From an uncultured Candidatus Saccharibacteria bacterium (GTDB lineage Bacteria > Patescibacteriota > Minisyncoccia > Minisyncoccales > CAYVNG01), in the NCBI GenBank assembly GCA_964452875.1, contig CAYVNG010000001.1:2786-66785 (forward strand): 64,000 nt of DNA, given 5' to 3'. The first letter of the stretch is position 1, and each line of letters starts with the position of its first letter. The translations under genes and the position numbers were made by a program. The notes below the pieces were generated by a model that did not search any database, was not told the DNA's origin, and saw nothing but the letters and a program-made list of their open reading frames with translations. Positions 1 through 9,370 of the stretch are shown piece after piece.

Positions 1-532
1 TAAGATAAGCTCCTTGATCTTTCTTGAAATAGTCTTGTCTAAAGTCAAGAAAGAAGACCTTATAAGCTGCTGGCTCAAGGTCGAGCCTCCGTATTTCGGT
101 TCTTGGATGACCAAGTCCAGCAAGACCGCCCTGATTATCCCTTTGAAATCCACCCCATAATGGGAATAGAAATTCGCGTCTTCGGTAGCCACTACGGCCT
201 GCTGAAGATATTTCGGTATCTCTTCCAGATTTACCAGTTCTCTTTTTTCTTCACCGTATATTCGATAGAGGAGGGTCTTCCCTGTCCTATCGTATATCTC
301 CGTTGGCTGGATCATTTGTTTTTCCGTGAATTTTTCCGGCCTGGGCAGGTCTTTGGCGTAATATAAGAAAACAAAGAAAGCGGCGGTAACGCCGGCAGAA
401 AGGAGGAGAAACAGGACTTTCAGCACTTTTTTAACGCTTTTTGCCCTTTTTCCCTCCTTGAAGATTTTTCTGTTGTTTTTTATCCTTACCATTTCCGTTA
501 TTGGTTATTTATAATAATAAAAATCCAAGTGA

Positions 533-1768
533 TTGGCAAGCCAGCTATTTTCTGTTAAAATCATGGAAAACATGGGGATCAGTAATGATTCTGAAAAAAT
601 ACAGCAGGCCCTGAGCAGGGGAGTGGAAAATGTGATAGATGGGCAACATTTGAAATCCCGGATGGAAAACAAGGAAAAACTGAGGATCAAATTGGGGATC
701 GATCCTACCGGGCCCAAGATTCACATCGGGAGAGCCACCCAGCTTTTGAAGCTCAAAGAATTCCAGGATTTGGGGCATCAGATCGTTTTTATAATAGGCG
801 ACTTCACCGCCCAGATAGGGGACGCTTCTGATAAGAAGGCCATGAGAAGGGCTTTGACTAAAGAAGAGGTCAGGAAGAATATGAAAGACTATCTCTCCCA
901 GGTCGGAAAGATTTTGGATATCAGGAAGGTTGAAGTGCACAAAAACAGCGAATGGCTTTCGAAGCTCAGCGCTAAGGATCTGATGTCTTTATCCATGAGT
1001 TTTACCGCCCAGCAGATGATCCAGAGGAGGAATTTTAAGGAAAGGTGGGAAGAAGGAATACCCATAGGTCTGCATGAACTGCATTACCCTCTTTTCCAGG
1101 GATATGATTCGGTCGCGATCAAGGCGGATGTTGAGATAGGGGGATTCGACCAACTTTTCAATCTGAAAATAGGCAGGGAAATGCAAAAAATGTCCGACCA
1201 GCAGCCCCAGGATATCATGGCTCTGAAAATGCTTTCCGGGACAGACGGGAGGAAAATGTCCACCAGCTGGGGGAATGTGATAAATATAACCGATAAGGCA
1301 GAAGACATGTTCGGGAAGCTGATGTCTATGAAGGATGAACTGATTCTGAATTATTTTGAGCTTTGCACAAGGATTCCCCAGAAAGAATTGGAAGAGATCA
1401 AAGCATCTCTTGAAGAGAAGAAGATTAACCCCAAGGATTTGAAAGAACGACTGGCAGAAGAAATAGTGGGGATTTACCACGGCAAGAAAATGGCCAAAGA
1501 TGCAAAGCAGGAGTTTGAAAGGGTTTTCAAAGAAAAGAAGAATCCGAACGTCATCCCAGAAGAGAGGGTCTCTGAAAAGGAAATAAATATATTGGATCTG
1601 CTGGTTAAGACGAAGCTGACTTTGTCGAAAACCGAAGCAAAAAGGCTCGTTCTCCAAAAGGCGGTTGAAATAGACGGCAAAGTCAAGAGCGACTGGAAAG
1701 AAACGGTCAGTCCCGAAAAAGGCATGGTCCTCAAGGCAGGGAAGAGGAGATTTGTCAAAATATCCTGA
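533..1768 (+). CDS. tyrS: tyrosyl-tRNA synthetase
   Basis: HIGH-like GIDPTGPKIHIGRATQ and KMSTS (KMSKS) class I motifs; C-terminal S4 RNA-binding domain (LDLLVKTKLTLSKTEAKRLV). Start may be the internal ATG at 563 or 575. Confidence 0.85.
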   Translation: MASQLFSVKIMENMGISNDSEKIQQALSRGVENVIDGQHLKSRMENKEKLRIKLGIDPTGPKIHIGRATQLLKLKEFQDLGHQIVFIIGDFTAQIGDASDKKAMRRALTKEEVRKNMKDYLSQVGKILDIRKVEVHKNSEWLSKLSAKDLMSLSMSFTAQQMIQRRNFKERWEEGIPIGLHELHYPLFQGYDSVAIKADVEIGGFDQLFNLKIGREMQKMSDQQPQDIMALKMLSGTDGRKMSTSWGNVINITDKAEDMFGKLMSMKDELILNYFELCTRIPQKELEEIKASLEEKKINPKDLKERLAEEIVGIYHGKKMAKDAKQEFERVFKEKKNPNVIPEERVSEKEINILDLLVKTKLTLSKTEAKRLVLQKAVEIDGKVKSDWKETVSPEKGMVLKAGKRRFVKIS

Positions 1769-1775
1769 ACAAACC

Positions 1776-1800
1776 AAAAACCCCTATAAGGGGGTTTTTG
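1776..1800 (+). terminator. rho-independent terminator after tyrS
   Basis: aaaaaCCCCtataaGGGGGttttt: perfect GC stem flanked by an A-run and a T-run, 8 nt after the tyrS stop. The symmetry suggests it could act in both directions. Confidence 0.7.
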
Positions 1801-2050
1801 GTTTGAAAAGGAAGCTATATAGTTTCTTCCTCTTCGGTTTCTTCCTCTTCAGTGGTTTCCTCGGTTTCTTCTGCCGGGGTCTCTTCTTCTTGGCTTGTGA
1901 ATGGTTTTATCATGGTTATAGACTTGTTTTTCTATTAGGTTTTTTCGACCTTTTCCCGCCTCTATCTAGAAAGAAATCCTGCTTTAATGGCGGGATTATG
2001 TCTACACGGGGTAGTATAGACGATTCTAGGGATTTGTCAACCCCTTTGAC

Positions 2051-2536
2051 CTATTTTACGAAGTTCGAGCCGCAAATGCAGACAGCCAGGGCGTCTGCCG
2101 CGTCGTCTGGTTTTGGTATTTTTTCCAGGCCGAGAATCATCTTCACCATGTACTGGACCTGTTTTTTTTCCGCCCTTCCGAAGCCGGTGACCGATATTTT
2201 AATCTGGGGAGGGGTGAATTCGAGGATCGGGATCTTCTTTTTCGCCGCTTCCAGCAGAATGACGCCCTTGGCCTGGCTTACGGGCATGGCCGTTTTTAGG
2301 TTTTTGAAGAAATACAGCTTTTCTATCGCCAGGACGTCAGGTTCGTGCTTTTTAAGTATTTTTAGCAGTCCTTTCTGAAGACATACCAGCCTCTCTGCAT
2401 CTGAAAAAGAGGGGCTGGTTCGAATGTAGCCGCATTCTATGTATCTCAGTCCGTTCTTTGATTTAAGACCTCCGGCCTTTTCTATCACCCCGTATCCGGT
2501 GATGGCCGTGCCAGGATCAATGCCGAGTATAATCAT
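2051..2536 (-). CDS. ruvC: crossover junction endodeoxyribonuclease RuvC
   Basis: N-terminus MIILGIDPGTAITGYGV; size and acidic catalytic residues typical of RuvC. Confidence 0.9.
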   Translation of the reverse strand: MIILGIDPGTAITGYGVIEKAGGLKSKNGLRYIECGYIRTSPSFSDAERLVCLQKGLLKILKKHEPDVLAIEKLYFFKNLKTAMPVSQAKGVILLEAAKKKIPILEFTPPQIKISVTGFGRAEKKQVQYMVKMILGLEKIPKPDDAADALAVCICGSNFVK

Positions 2537-2539
2537 AAA

Positions 2540-3280
2540 TCACTCTTCGGTTTCGAAATTGGAAAACACGTCCTGGATTGAATCGTTTTCGTCCAGGGCT
2601 TCAAAGAGGCTCTGACATTCTTCCAAGATTTCCTTGTTTATCTTAATCCTTTCTTTGGAAACCCAGCTCAAATATGCGGAATCTGTCTCAACTCCCTTTT
2701 CTTCCAGGGTCTTTTTGATTTTGTCCAGGTCTTCAGGCTTCGTATAGATAAAAAGCGTGTCAGCCTCCCATTCCAGGTCTTCAGGGCCGCTTTCAATGGC
2801 GGCCATTTCCAGTTTTTCTTTGTTTTTCAGGCTTTCTGATTGAGAATCAAGTTTGGCTACCAAGCATCCTTTTTGCTCGAACATCCATCGGACTGCTCCC
2901 TCTGACACCAGCTTTCCTTTCTTGGCCGACAATATCTGCTTGATTTCTCCTAAGGTCCTTTTCATATTATCGGTGATGCCTTCAATTATCAAAGCCGTGC
3001 CTCCCGGCCCGCAGGCTTCGAAGCTGAATTGCTCAAGCTTTTCTCCTTCCAGCTCTCCTGTCCCTTTTTTGATGGCCCTTTCAATATTATCCTTGGGCAT
3101 GTTGATCTTTTTTGCCTGCTCCATGGCGATCCTTAAAGAAGGGTTTGTCTCAGGATCGCCTCCTTTTTCGGATGCGGCTATGGACAGCTGGCGAGAAAGC
3201 CTGGAGAACATTTTTGATCTTTTCGCGTCGCTGGCCTCCTTCTTGTGTTTGATTGTCGAGAAATGGCTATGTCCGCTCAT
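2540..3280 (-). CDS. yebC: YebC/PmpR family DNA-binding regulator
   Basis: MSGHSHFSTIKHKK..., DUF28-type sequence. It sits in the conserved ruvC-yebC arrangement. Confidence 0.9.
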   Translation of the reverse strand: MSGHSHFSTIKHKKEASDAKRSKMFSRLSRQLSIAASEKGGDPETNPSLRIAMEQAKKINMPKDNIERAIKKGTGELEGEKLEQFSFEACGPGGTALIIEGITDNMKRTLGEIKQILSAKKGKLVSEGAVRWMFEQKGCLVAKLDSQSESLKNKEKLEMAAIESGPEDLEWEADTLFIYTKPEDLDKIKKTLEEKGVETDSAYLSWVSKERIKINKEILEECQSLFEALDENDSIQDVFSNFETEE

Positions 3281-3971
3281 ATGTTTTATTATATTCTTTT
3301 TTTACCTCTTTTTTAAGCAAGAATATCGTCGCGCAAGAGAACAGCGCGGTTCCCGCTGCTATGGCCGGAATGGGCGGGGGGTCTTCAGGATAGACGTTTT
3401 CAGAGAATGAAGCTTCCTCCTGAGAGAGAAACGATTCCTGCTTGCTGTTTTTGTCTTTCGGCGTTCCTCCCTGATCCCGGCTGCTCTGCCAACTTCCAGG
3501 GATGTTCGGGGAAGCGGAATAGTCTTTTCTCTCCATAGTCAGTTTTCCTTCGTTGCTGCCCGCAAACCATCCTCCAGAACAGTCGATTTCTTCGACCAGT
3601 CCAGAAAGAGGGTCGAATATCTGCATTTTTGTCCCGTTATTCTTCAACGAGCCTTTGTATATCTGGTCGGCTGCAGCTTCTGGTAATGTGTCTTCGTCAG
3701 TCCTTTCTAACAGATAGAAAGAGTGAGGGAGGATCGTTCCTTCCAGAAATATTTTGCTTTCCCCGAGCTGTAAATACCACCCTTCCAGGGACAGGGGGTC
3801 ATCCCCGGCGTTGTACAGCTCTATCCATTCATCCGCAGAAGACAGGGACGTCCCCATCCAGGCGATTTCGCTTATCTTTAAAAAATTGGTTTCCTTGCAA
3901 AAAGCAAAATGGGCCGAAATCATTCCGGCCGCAGTCAGACATATGATGCAAAGTTTGTTGAATGGGCTCAT
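3267..3971 (-). CDS. lamin-tail-domain (LTD) protein, secreted or membrane-anchored
   Basis: N-terminal signal or TM segment; LTD core ISEIAWMGTS...DEWIELYNAGDDPLSLEGWYLQ...FYLL; C-terminal hydrophobic anchor (IPAIAAGTALFSCATIFLL). Overlaps the yebC start by 14 nt. Confidence 0.65.
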   Translation of the reverse strand: MSPFNKLCIICLTAAGMISAHFAFCKETNFLKISEIAWMGTSLSSADEWIELYNAGDDPLSLEGWYLQLGESKIFLEGTILPHSFYLLERTDEDTLPEAAADQIYKGSLKNNGTKMQIFDPLSGLVEEIDCSGGWFAGSNEGKLTMERKDYSASPNIPGSWQSSRDQGGTPKDKNSKQESFLSQEEASFSENVYPEDPPPIPAIAAGTALFSCATIFLLKKEVKKEYNKTYERT

Positions 3972-3979
3972 GGTAGGAA

Positions 3980-5011
3980 TTACAGGAAAAGCTGCTTATC
4001 TTGATATTTCATCCCCATATGCTGGTAGGCCAGCCTTGTCGCCATCCTTCCTTTCGGAGTCCTTTCAATAAGGCCGAGTTGCAAGAGATATGGCTCGTAA
4101 ATATCCAGGATGGTCCCTTCTTCTTCCGCAGTCGCCGCTACCAGGGTCTTAATCCCCACTGGGCCCCCTTCGAACTTTTTAATGATGGTAGACAGGACTT
4201 TTCTGTCCCCGTTTTCCAGACCGAGAACGTCGATTTCCAAGAAATTCAATGCTTCTTCGGCCGCTTCGGCAGTTATTGTCTTTTTTCCTTCAACCTGCGA
4301 AAAATCCCTCACCCTTTTCAAAAGTCGGTTGGCGATCCTCGGGGTGAATCTGGATCTTGAAGCTATAATCTCCACGGCTTCGGACTCTATCTCCACTCCC
4401 AGTATGACAGCCGATCTTTTGATTATTTTTTCCAAATCCTCTTTTTCGTAGAAATTAAGATGAAAAGTCGCACCGAACCTGTTTCTTAGGGGGGAGGAGA
4501 TCAAAGATATTCTGGTGGTGGCCCCAACTAAGGTAAAGTGAGGGATTTTGAGCTCCATTGTCCTTGCCATTGGCCCTTTTCCTATTATCAGATTCAACTT
4601 GAAGTCTTCCATCACCGGATAGATTATTTCCTCGCAGAGTTTGTTCATCCTGTGAAGCTCGTCTATGAATAGGATGTCTCCTTCCGACAGATTGGTCAGG
4701 ATGGCTGCCAGATCTCCCGCCTTTTCTATGGCCGGTCCTGAAGTCACCTTCATATTCGCTCCCGACTCTTTAGCCACCAGGTAAGCCAAGGTTGTTTTGC
4801 CGAGCCCCGCGTTCCCGTAAAAAAGAAGATGCTCTGGGACCTCTTTCCTCTGTTTAGCGGCTTCGATTATGACACTCAGATTCTTCTTAACCTTTTCCTG
4901 TCCCACGTATTCCTGCCACGACTGAGGTCGCAAGGCCGAATCCAAATTTTCCTCTTCAAGGGAAAGAGGTCCTTCGGGGTCGCTGTTTGTCTGGAATCTT
5001 GACAAAGACAT
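3980..5011 (-). CDS. ruvB: Holliday junction branch-migration helicase RuvB
   Basis: Walker A GNAGLGKTTLA, Walker B DILFIDELHR, sensor motifs; full-length AAA+ RuvB. Confidence 0.95.
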   Translation of the reverse strand: MSLSRFQTNSDPEGPLSLEEENLDSALRPQSWQEYVGQEKVKKNLSVIIEAAKQRKEVPEHLLFYGNAGLGKTTLAYLVAKESGANMKVTSGPAIEKAGDLAAILTNLSEGDILFIDELHRMNKLCEEIIYPVMEDFKLNLIIGKGPMARTMELKIPHFTLVGATTRISLISSPLRNRFGATFHLNFYEKEDLEKIIKRSAVILGVEIESEAVEIIASRSRFTPRIANRLLKRVRDFSQVEGKKTITAEAAEEALNFLEIDVLGLENGDRKVLSTIIKKFEGGPVGIKTLVAATAEEEGTILDIYEPYLLQLGLIERTPKGRMATRLAYQHMGMKYQDKQLFL

Positions 5012-5041
5012 AATAGTTTGATATAATAAGTCGTCTGTATT

Positions 5042-5202
5042 GTAAGCGAAATATAGTTGTTCCGGAGCTGGGGGATAGGATTTTTTCTTAGTTTTTGGAT
5101 GGTCTGGGTTTCACCGAGACCTCTCCTCGGAAAAAAGTCCAAACTTTATGTTCCCAAGCTAAAGCATTCCCCCCAGCTCCGGGTCCGTTATATTTCGCTT
5201 AC
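5042..5202. repeat. imperfect 34-nt inverted repeat pair (14-6-13 arrangement) flanking about 92 bp
   Basis: Left arm 5042-5075 gtaagcgaaatatagttgttccggagctggggga. Reverse complement of 5168-5202 is gtaagcgaaatataacggacccggagctgggggga. The right arm covers the last codons and stop of gspE (..VSEI*). The enclosed segment contains the hairpin ccgagacctctcctcgg. Confidence 0.8.
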
Positions 5203-6456
5203 TCTTTCCACCTCTTCGATGGTGGTCATTTTTTTAAGGACTTTTATCATCCCGTCCTGTCCCATTGTCACCATCCCTCTTTCGACGGATTTTTCCCGCA
5301 GGGCTGCGATCGAAGGATTGGTCAAAATAAATTTTTCAGCTTCGTCGTCCATAAGGAAAGATTCGAATATTCCCACCCTGCCCTGATATCCTGTGTTGTT
5401 GCAGTATTTGCACCCCTTGGCCTTGGGGATTCTCAAAGATGAATCCAAGACTGGGAGGTGTATTGTCTTCAGAAGGGGAGACAGGATTTTTTTTATCTTT
5501 TCCAGTTCTTCTAGAGTAGGCTTTTCCATAACGCCGCATTTTTCGCATATCTTCCTTACCAGTCTCTGGGCCACGATAACGTTTATGGCCGGCCCGAGAT
5601 TCATTGGATTCGCCCCTAGGCTTATCATTCTCGCTATCGTCCCGGCAGCGTCGTTTGTATGAAGAGTCGAAAATACGAGGTGCCCTGTCAGGGCCGCCTG
5701 GATCGCTATTTTAGCGGTTTCCCCGTCCCTGATCTCTCCTACCAAGATGACGTCAGGATCCTGGCGCATTATGGACTTCAGCCCGGAAGCGAAAGTGTAT
5801 CCCTTCGAGGGATTGGTCTGCGTCTGGGTGATGTCTTCTAAATGGTATTCAATCGGGTCTTCAATGGTGATTATTTTTATCCCGGGCTTTTGTATCTTTT
5901 TTAAGAACGCGTAAAGGGTCGTTGTTTTGCCCGAGCCTGTCGGACCGGTGATTATCACCATTCCGTTCGGTTTTTTTATCTCCTTGTCGAAGACGGATAA
6001 AAGGTCGTCTCTAAGCCCCAAATCTTCCATTTTTACTAGCTTCTCTGGATCCAGTATTCTGAGGACGATCGATTCTCCCTCTTCGGAAGGGAGGACGGAT
6101 GTCCTTGCTTCGATCTCCCTTTCTTCCGTTTCAATGGTGAATCTCCCTGATTGGGGCCGGTCAGTCACGTTCAGCTTGGCCTTGGACAGGAACTTCACCC
6201 TTGAAACAATTCCTTTGTAAAGGCTAAGATCCATATCCAGGATGTCATGCAGCAGGCCGTCGATCCTGATCCTCAACCTCACCACTTTTTCCTGAGGCTC
6301 AAAATGAAGGTCGGAAGCTCTTAAGGAAACAGCTCCCCCAAGGATAATTTCCAGCAGTTTCGTGGTCGGGACTTTGAGGTTTTTTTCTATCAGTTTTTTG
6401 AAATCATCGACGCTCTCCGTCCCTTCCGAGAACAATTTGGATATTTTGACTGCCAC
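5188..6456 (-). CDS. GspE/PilB-family type II/IV secretion-system ATPase
   Basis: Walker A GPTGSGKTTT, Asp box, Walker B DPDVILVGEIRD, His box, and a C-terminal tetracysteine (CEKCG...CKYCNNTGY). Confidence 0.85.
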   Translation of the reverse strand: MAVKISKLFSEGTESVDDFKKLIEKNLKVPTTKLLEIILGGAVSLRASDLHFEPQEKVVRLRIRIDGLLHDILDMDLSLYKGIVSRVKFLSKAKLNVTDRPQSGRFTIETEEREIEARTSVLPSEEGESIVLRILDPEKLVKMEDLGLRDDLLSVFDKEIKKPNGMVIITGPTGSGKTTTLYAFLKKIQKPGIKIITIEDPIEYHLEDITQTQTNPSKGYTFASGLKSIMRQDPDVILVGEIRDGETAKIAIQAALTGHLVFSTLHTNDAAGTIARMISLGANPMNLGPAINVIVAQRLVRKICEKCGVMEKPTLEELEKIKKILSPLLKTIHLPVLDSSLRIPKAKGCKYCNNTGYQGRVGIFESFLMDDEAEKFILTNPSIAALREKSVERGMVTMGQDGMIKVLKKMTTIEEVERVSEI

Positions 6457-6472
6457 TGCTTTTGTCTTTATG

Positions 6473-7594
6473 TTAAAAATTTTCGATAAATCGCTGGTAT
6501 GCCTTTTCCACGTCTTTTTCCCTGATTAAGAACAGGGCGGTTTTTCCTTTTGAAACGCCTTCGAAACACTGGAGCACTTTTTCTGCCGATCCCTGGCGGG
6601 AAGAATGGAAAATGCCTTTCACTATCGGCGGGGAAGCGTGGCTTTCCCATAGAATAAGGAGGTTCGGCATAAGCTGGCTTCCGAAATTGAATTTCAGCTC
6701 TTTCAGGACTTCGGCCAAATCCTTAGATCCGGCCTGTGAATCCTTGAAGTCGTTCTCCGTGAGCTTGCTGCAGTAAAGCCCTTTTTCCTGGTCGAAGGCC
6801 AGTTTCTTCAAAACCTGGCCGAGTAGCTTTATCTGCGATATCGATTTCGTCTTATATAGGTTCTGAATTATCTTCTGGTGATCGGCTCCCTTTTCGATCA
6901 GCAGGGAAGATATCTCGAAGGTCTTGGGTTTCGCCTTCGGGCTTCTGAAATTTTCCGAAGCCCAGATTAATCCGGCCAGGAGAAAAGTGGCCGAAGTTTT
7001 ATCCAAAAGGCTTTCGTCCAGGGACTTGATCAGCTCGAACGACATCTCCGACAAAGAAGAAGACTTCATGTCCAGAAGGTTCACTTCTCCGAAGTCTTGA
7101 TTTTCCAATGAGTTGTCTATATTCAGGACAGGAGTATCGTAAAAGAGCGAAGGATTGCTGCTGAATTTGTCTCCCAACGTTTCGAAACTGGAGGCGCCGA
7201 CGGTTATCAAGAGATCCGGCCTGCCCTCGTCTCCCTCAAGAAATTTTTGAGAATTGAAGATTAGATCTTTTTCAGATATTCCTTCGCCGGCGGAAGTCAG
7301 ACATATTTTCAGCTCTTTACTGTCCTTTTCATAAGAGACTTCGGAAACGCTTTTTTGCCCGGGTTTTACCGAAATAACCAGCTTGGATTCGGCCAGAAAA
7401 CGGAATTCTCCCGGGATTTTTTCAATAAATAGATTTGCCTTTTTCCCGAGTTTTTTTAAACTATAGAAAAGGGCGGATGCGGCGCAAAAAGCGTCTCCTT
7501 CGATCAGGGAGAGTTCAAAATTGGCCGGGATGAACAAGCTTACGTTTCCGGCCTTGCAGATCAGGTCTTTTGCAGAATCCAATGAATCCGTCAT
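6473..7594 (-). CDS. NrnA-like DHH/DHHA1-fold protein with degenerate catalytic motifs
   Basis: N-terminal layout resembles NrnA (DLICKAGNVSLFIP...GDAFCAASALFYSLKKLGKK), but the DHH motifs and the GGGH motif of DHHA1 are not conserved (HSSRQGSAE). Confidence 0.3.
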   Translation of the reverse strand: MTDSLDSAKDLICKAGNVSLFIPANFELSLIEGDAFCAASALFYSLKKLGKKANLFIEKIPGEFRFLAESKLVISVKPGQKSVSEVSYEKDSKELKICLTSAGEGISEKDLIFNSQKFLEGDEGRPDLLITVGASSFETLGDKFSSNPSLFYDTPVLNIDNSLENQDFGEVNLLDMKSSSLSEMSFELIKSLDESLLDKTSATFLLAGLIWASENFRSPKAKPKTFEISSLLIEKGADHQKIIQNLYKTKSISQIKLLGQVLKKLAFDQEKGLYCSKLTENDFKDSQAGSKDLAEVLKELKFNFGSQLMPNLLILWESHASPPIVKGIFHSSRQGSAEKVLQCFEGVSKGKTALFLIREKDVEKAYQRFIENF

Positions 7595-7651
7595 TTTTTA
7601 ATTAATTAAGATTAGCTTAGTTTTTAAAAACGGTCAACCCCGGAAAAGAAA

Positions 7652-8119
7652 ATGGAAGATTTTTTAACCCTAGGCGGAGAGCAGACGAAAAAAGCGGGAG
7701 CCCTTTTCGCAAAAAAGATACTGGGAAAGGGTTTTTTTGATAAAAAGACCATTGTCATAGGGCTGACCGGGAATCTCGGGGGAGGGAAGACCACTTTCGT
7801 GCAGGGGTTTGCCAAGGGATTGGGGATAGAAGAAAAAATCCTCAGCCCCACCTTCGTTCTGGCCAGAAGGTTTCTCATTCCGAAAGCCTTGGGTTCCAAA
7901 GCCAGAGCGCTTTATCATATTGACTGCTACAGGATGAAAAATCCAAAAGAGCTGCTGGACATCGGTTTTGAAAAAATGATTTCTGGAGCCGGGAACATCG
8001 TCATAGCGGAATGGGCCGACCGGGTGAAAAAGATATTTCCCAAGGATGCCTTTATGGTCGATTTTCTTTTTTTAGAGGAAAATAAAAGGAGGATAAGAAT
8101 AAAATGGGGAAAGCAGTAA
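7652..8119 (+). CDS. tsaE: tRNA t6A37 biosynthesis ATPase TsaE
   Basis: P-loop GLTGNLGGGKTTFVQGF; about 150 aa, YjeE family. Confidence 0.8.
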   Translation: MEDFLTLGGEQTKKAGALFAKKILGKGFFDKKTIVIGLTGNLGGGKTTFVQGFAKGLGIEEKILSPTFVLARRFLIPKALGSKARALYHIDCYRMKNPKELLDIGFEKMISGAGNIVIAEWADRVKKIFPKDAFMVDFLFLEENKRRIRIKWGKQ

Positions 8120-9021
8120 TATTAGACAGCAATTCGATAATCCATCGCGCGTTCCACGCCTTGCCTCCTTTGACCACGAAAAAAGGTGAGCCGATAAACG
8201 CGGTTTACGGCTTTCTGTTGGTTTTTTTCAAAATAGTAAAGGACATCAGGCCCGATTACGCGGCCGCCTGCTTTGATTTTCCGGCCCCGACTTTCAGGCA
8301 CAAGATGTACGATAAATACAAGGCGAAAAGGCCTCCTGCGCCGGAAAGCCTTTATTCTCAGATTCCCAAGGTGAAAGAAGTTCTCAAATCGTTCAGCGTT
8401 CCCGTTTTCGAGAAGGAAGGTTTTGAGGCGGACGATTTGGTAGGAACCCTGAGCAAGAAGTTTACCCAAAATGTTGAAGCGGTCATAGCTTCCGGAGACC
8501 AGGACGCCCTTCAGATGGTCGATCAAAGAACCAAGCTCTATTTTTTAAGACAGGGGATCAAGAACGTTCTCATATACGACGAAAAGGCGGTGCAGGAAAA
8601 ATACGGCATCGCACCGTCTCAGATGGCTGACTTCAAATCTTTGAGAGGGGATCCTTCAGACAATATTCCAGGAGCTTCCGGGGTGGGAGAGAAGACAGCG
8701 GTCAGTCTCATCAAAGATTTTGGGAGCGTGTCCAATCTTTACAGCCAGATCAGCCAGGGCGGCAAGGAAGCGGAATCGATGAAACCCGGCCTGAAAGCGA
8801 AGCTGATAAAATCAAAGGAAAACGTTTTTTTCAGCAAGCAGCTTGTTGAGATAAACAGGGACGTTCCGATCGATTTTGACTTGGCAGCTTGCCGCTGGGG
8901 AGATTTTAACGTCAAAAAAGCGGAAGAAATGCTGGCTGAATTCGGATTCAAGAGCTTGGCGGAAAGGATTCCTCGGCTTGACGGGAAAAGGGAAATTGGA
9001 GAGAATTTCAAGTTGTGGTAA
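8104..9021 (+). CDS. stand-alone 5'-3' exonuclease (Pol I N-terminal / FEN-like)
   Basis: ILDSNSIIHRAFHALPP..., GFEADDLVGTL, and the H3TH motif GDPSDNIPGASGVGEKTA. Confidence 0.85.
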   Translation: MGKAVILDSNSIIHRAFHALPPLTTKKGEPINAVYGFLLVFFKIVKDIRPDYAAACFDFPAPTFRHKMYDKYKAKRPPAPESLYSQIPKVKEVLKSFSVPVFEKEGFEADDLVGTLSKKFTQNVEAVIASGDQDALQMVDQRTKLYFLRQGIKNVLIYDEKAVQEKYGIAPSQMADFKSLRGDPSDNIPGASGVGEKTAVSLIKDFGSVSNLYSQISQGGKEAESMKPGLKAKLIKSKENVFFSKQLVEINRDVPIDFDLAACRWGDFNVKKAEEMLAEFGFKSLAERIPRLDGKREIGENFKLW

Positions 9022-9034
9022 AATAGTAAGAGAA

Positions 9035-9370
9035 ATGTCTTCATATCCATTTTTTCTTAACATATTTCTGGGAATAGTGATCCTAGTTCTTTTTGCCGTC
9101 TATCAGAAAAAGGTGAGAGACCTGAGGAGGGCCCGCAGGGAAGTCGAGGACATCTTGGAAATAAGGACCAAGGCGAGAACCAGGGAATTGAGCGAGTTGG
9201 CCGGGAGCCTGGAAGAAAAAGTGGAAGAAAGGACGGCAGAGCTGCAAAGAAGGATCGACGAGCTGGAAAAGTTCCATCAGCTGACCGTCGGAAGGGAGTT
9301 GAAGATGATCGAGCTTAAGGAAAAGATCAGGGATCTTGAAAAAAAGAATTTAAATAAAAAGAATTTTTGA
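9035..9370 (+). CDS. membrane anchor plus signalling coiled-coil module (likely N-terminal part of the downstream sensor kinase)
   Basis: One TM helix (FFLNIFLGIVILVLFAVY) followed by a coiled coil with the EERTAELQRRIDELE motif that usually precedes PAS domains. Its stop overlaps the HK start (TGATG). Confidence 0.5.
   Translation: MSSYPFFLNIFLGIVILVLFAVYQKKVRDLRRARREVEDILEIRTKARTRELSELAGSLEEKVEERTAELQRRIDELEKFHQLTVGRELKMIELKEKIRDLEKKNLNKKNF

Noticed and set aside
1825-1913. 32-aa highly acidic minus-strand peptide (MIKPFTSQEEETPAEETEETTEEEETEEEETI)
   Set aside because: Pure low-complexity mirror of the plus-strand ttcctcttc repeats; no start context or SD; probably not a gene.
2040-2075. 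T-loop-like gaagTTCGAGCcgc near the ruvC 3' end
   Set aside because: No complementary T-stem or acceptor stem can be built, so it is not a tRNA.
1752-2378. 208-aa plus-strand ORF rich in F/L/G, partly antisense to ruvC
   Set aside because: Low-complexity composition; it overlaps the tyrS terminator and lies antisense to a well-supported ruvC, so it is a spurious ORF.
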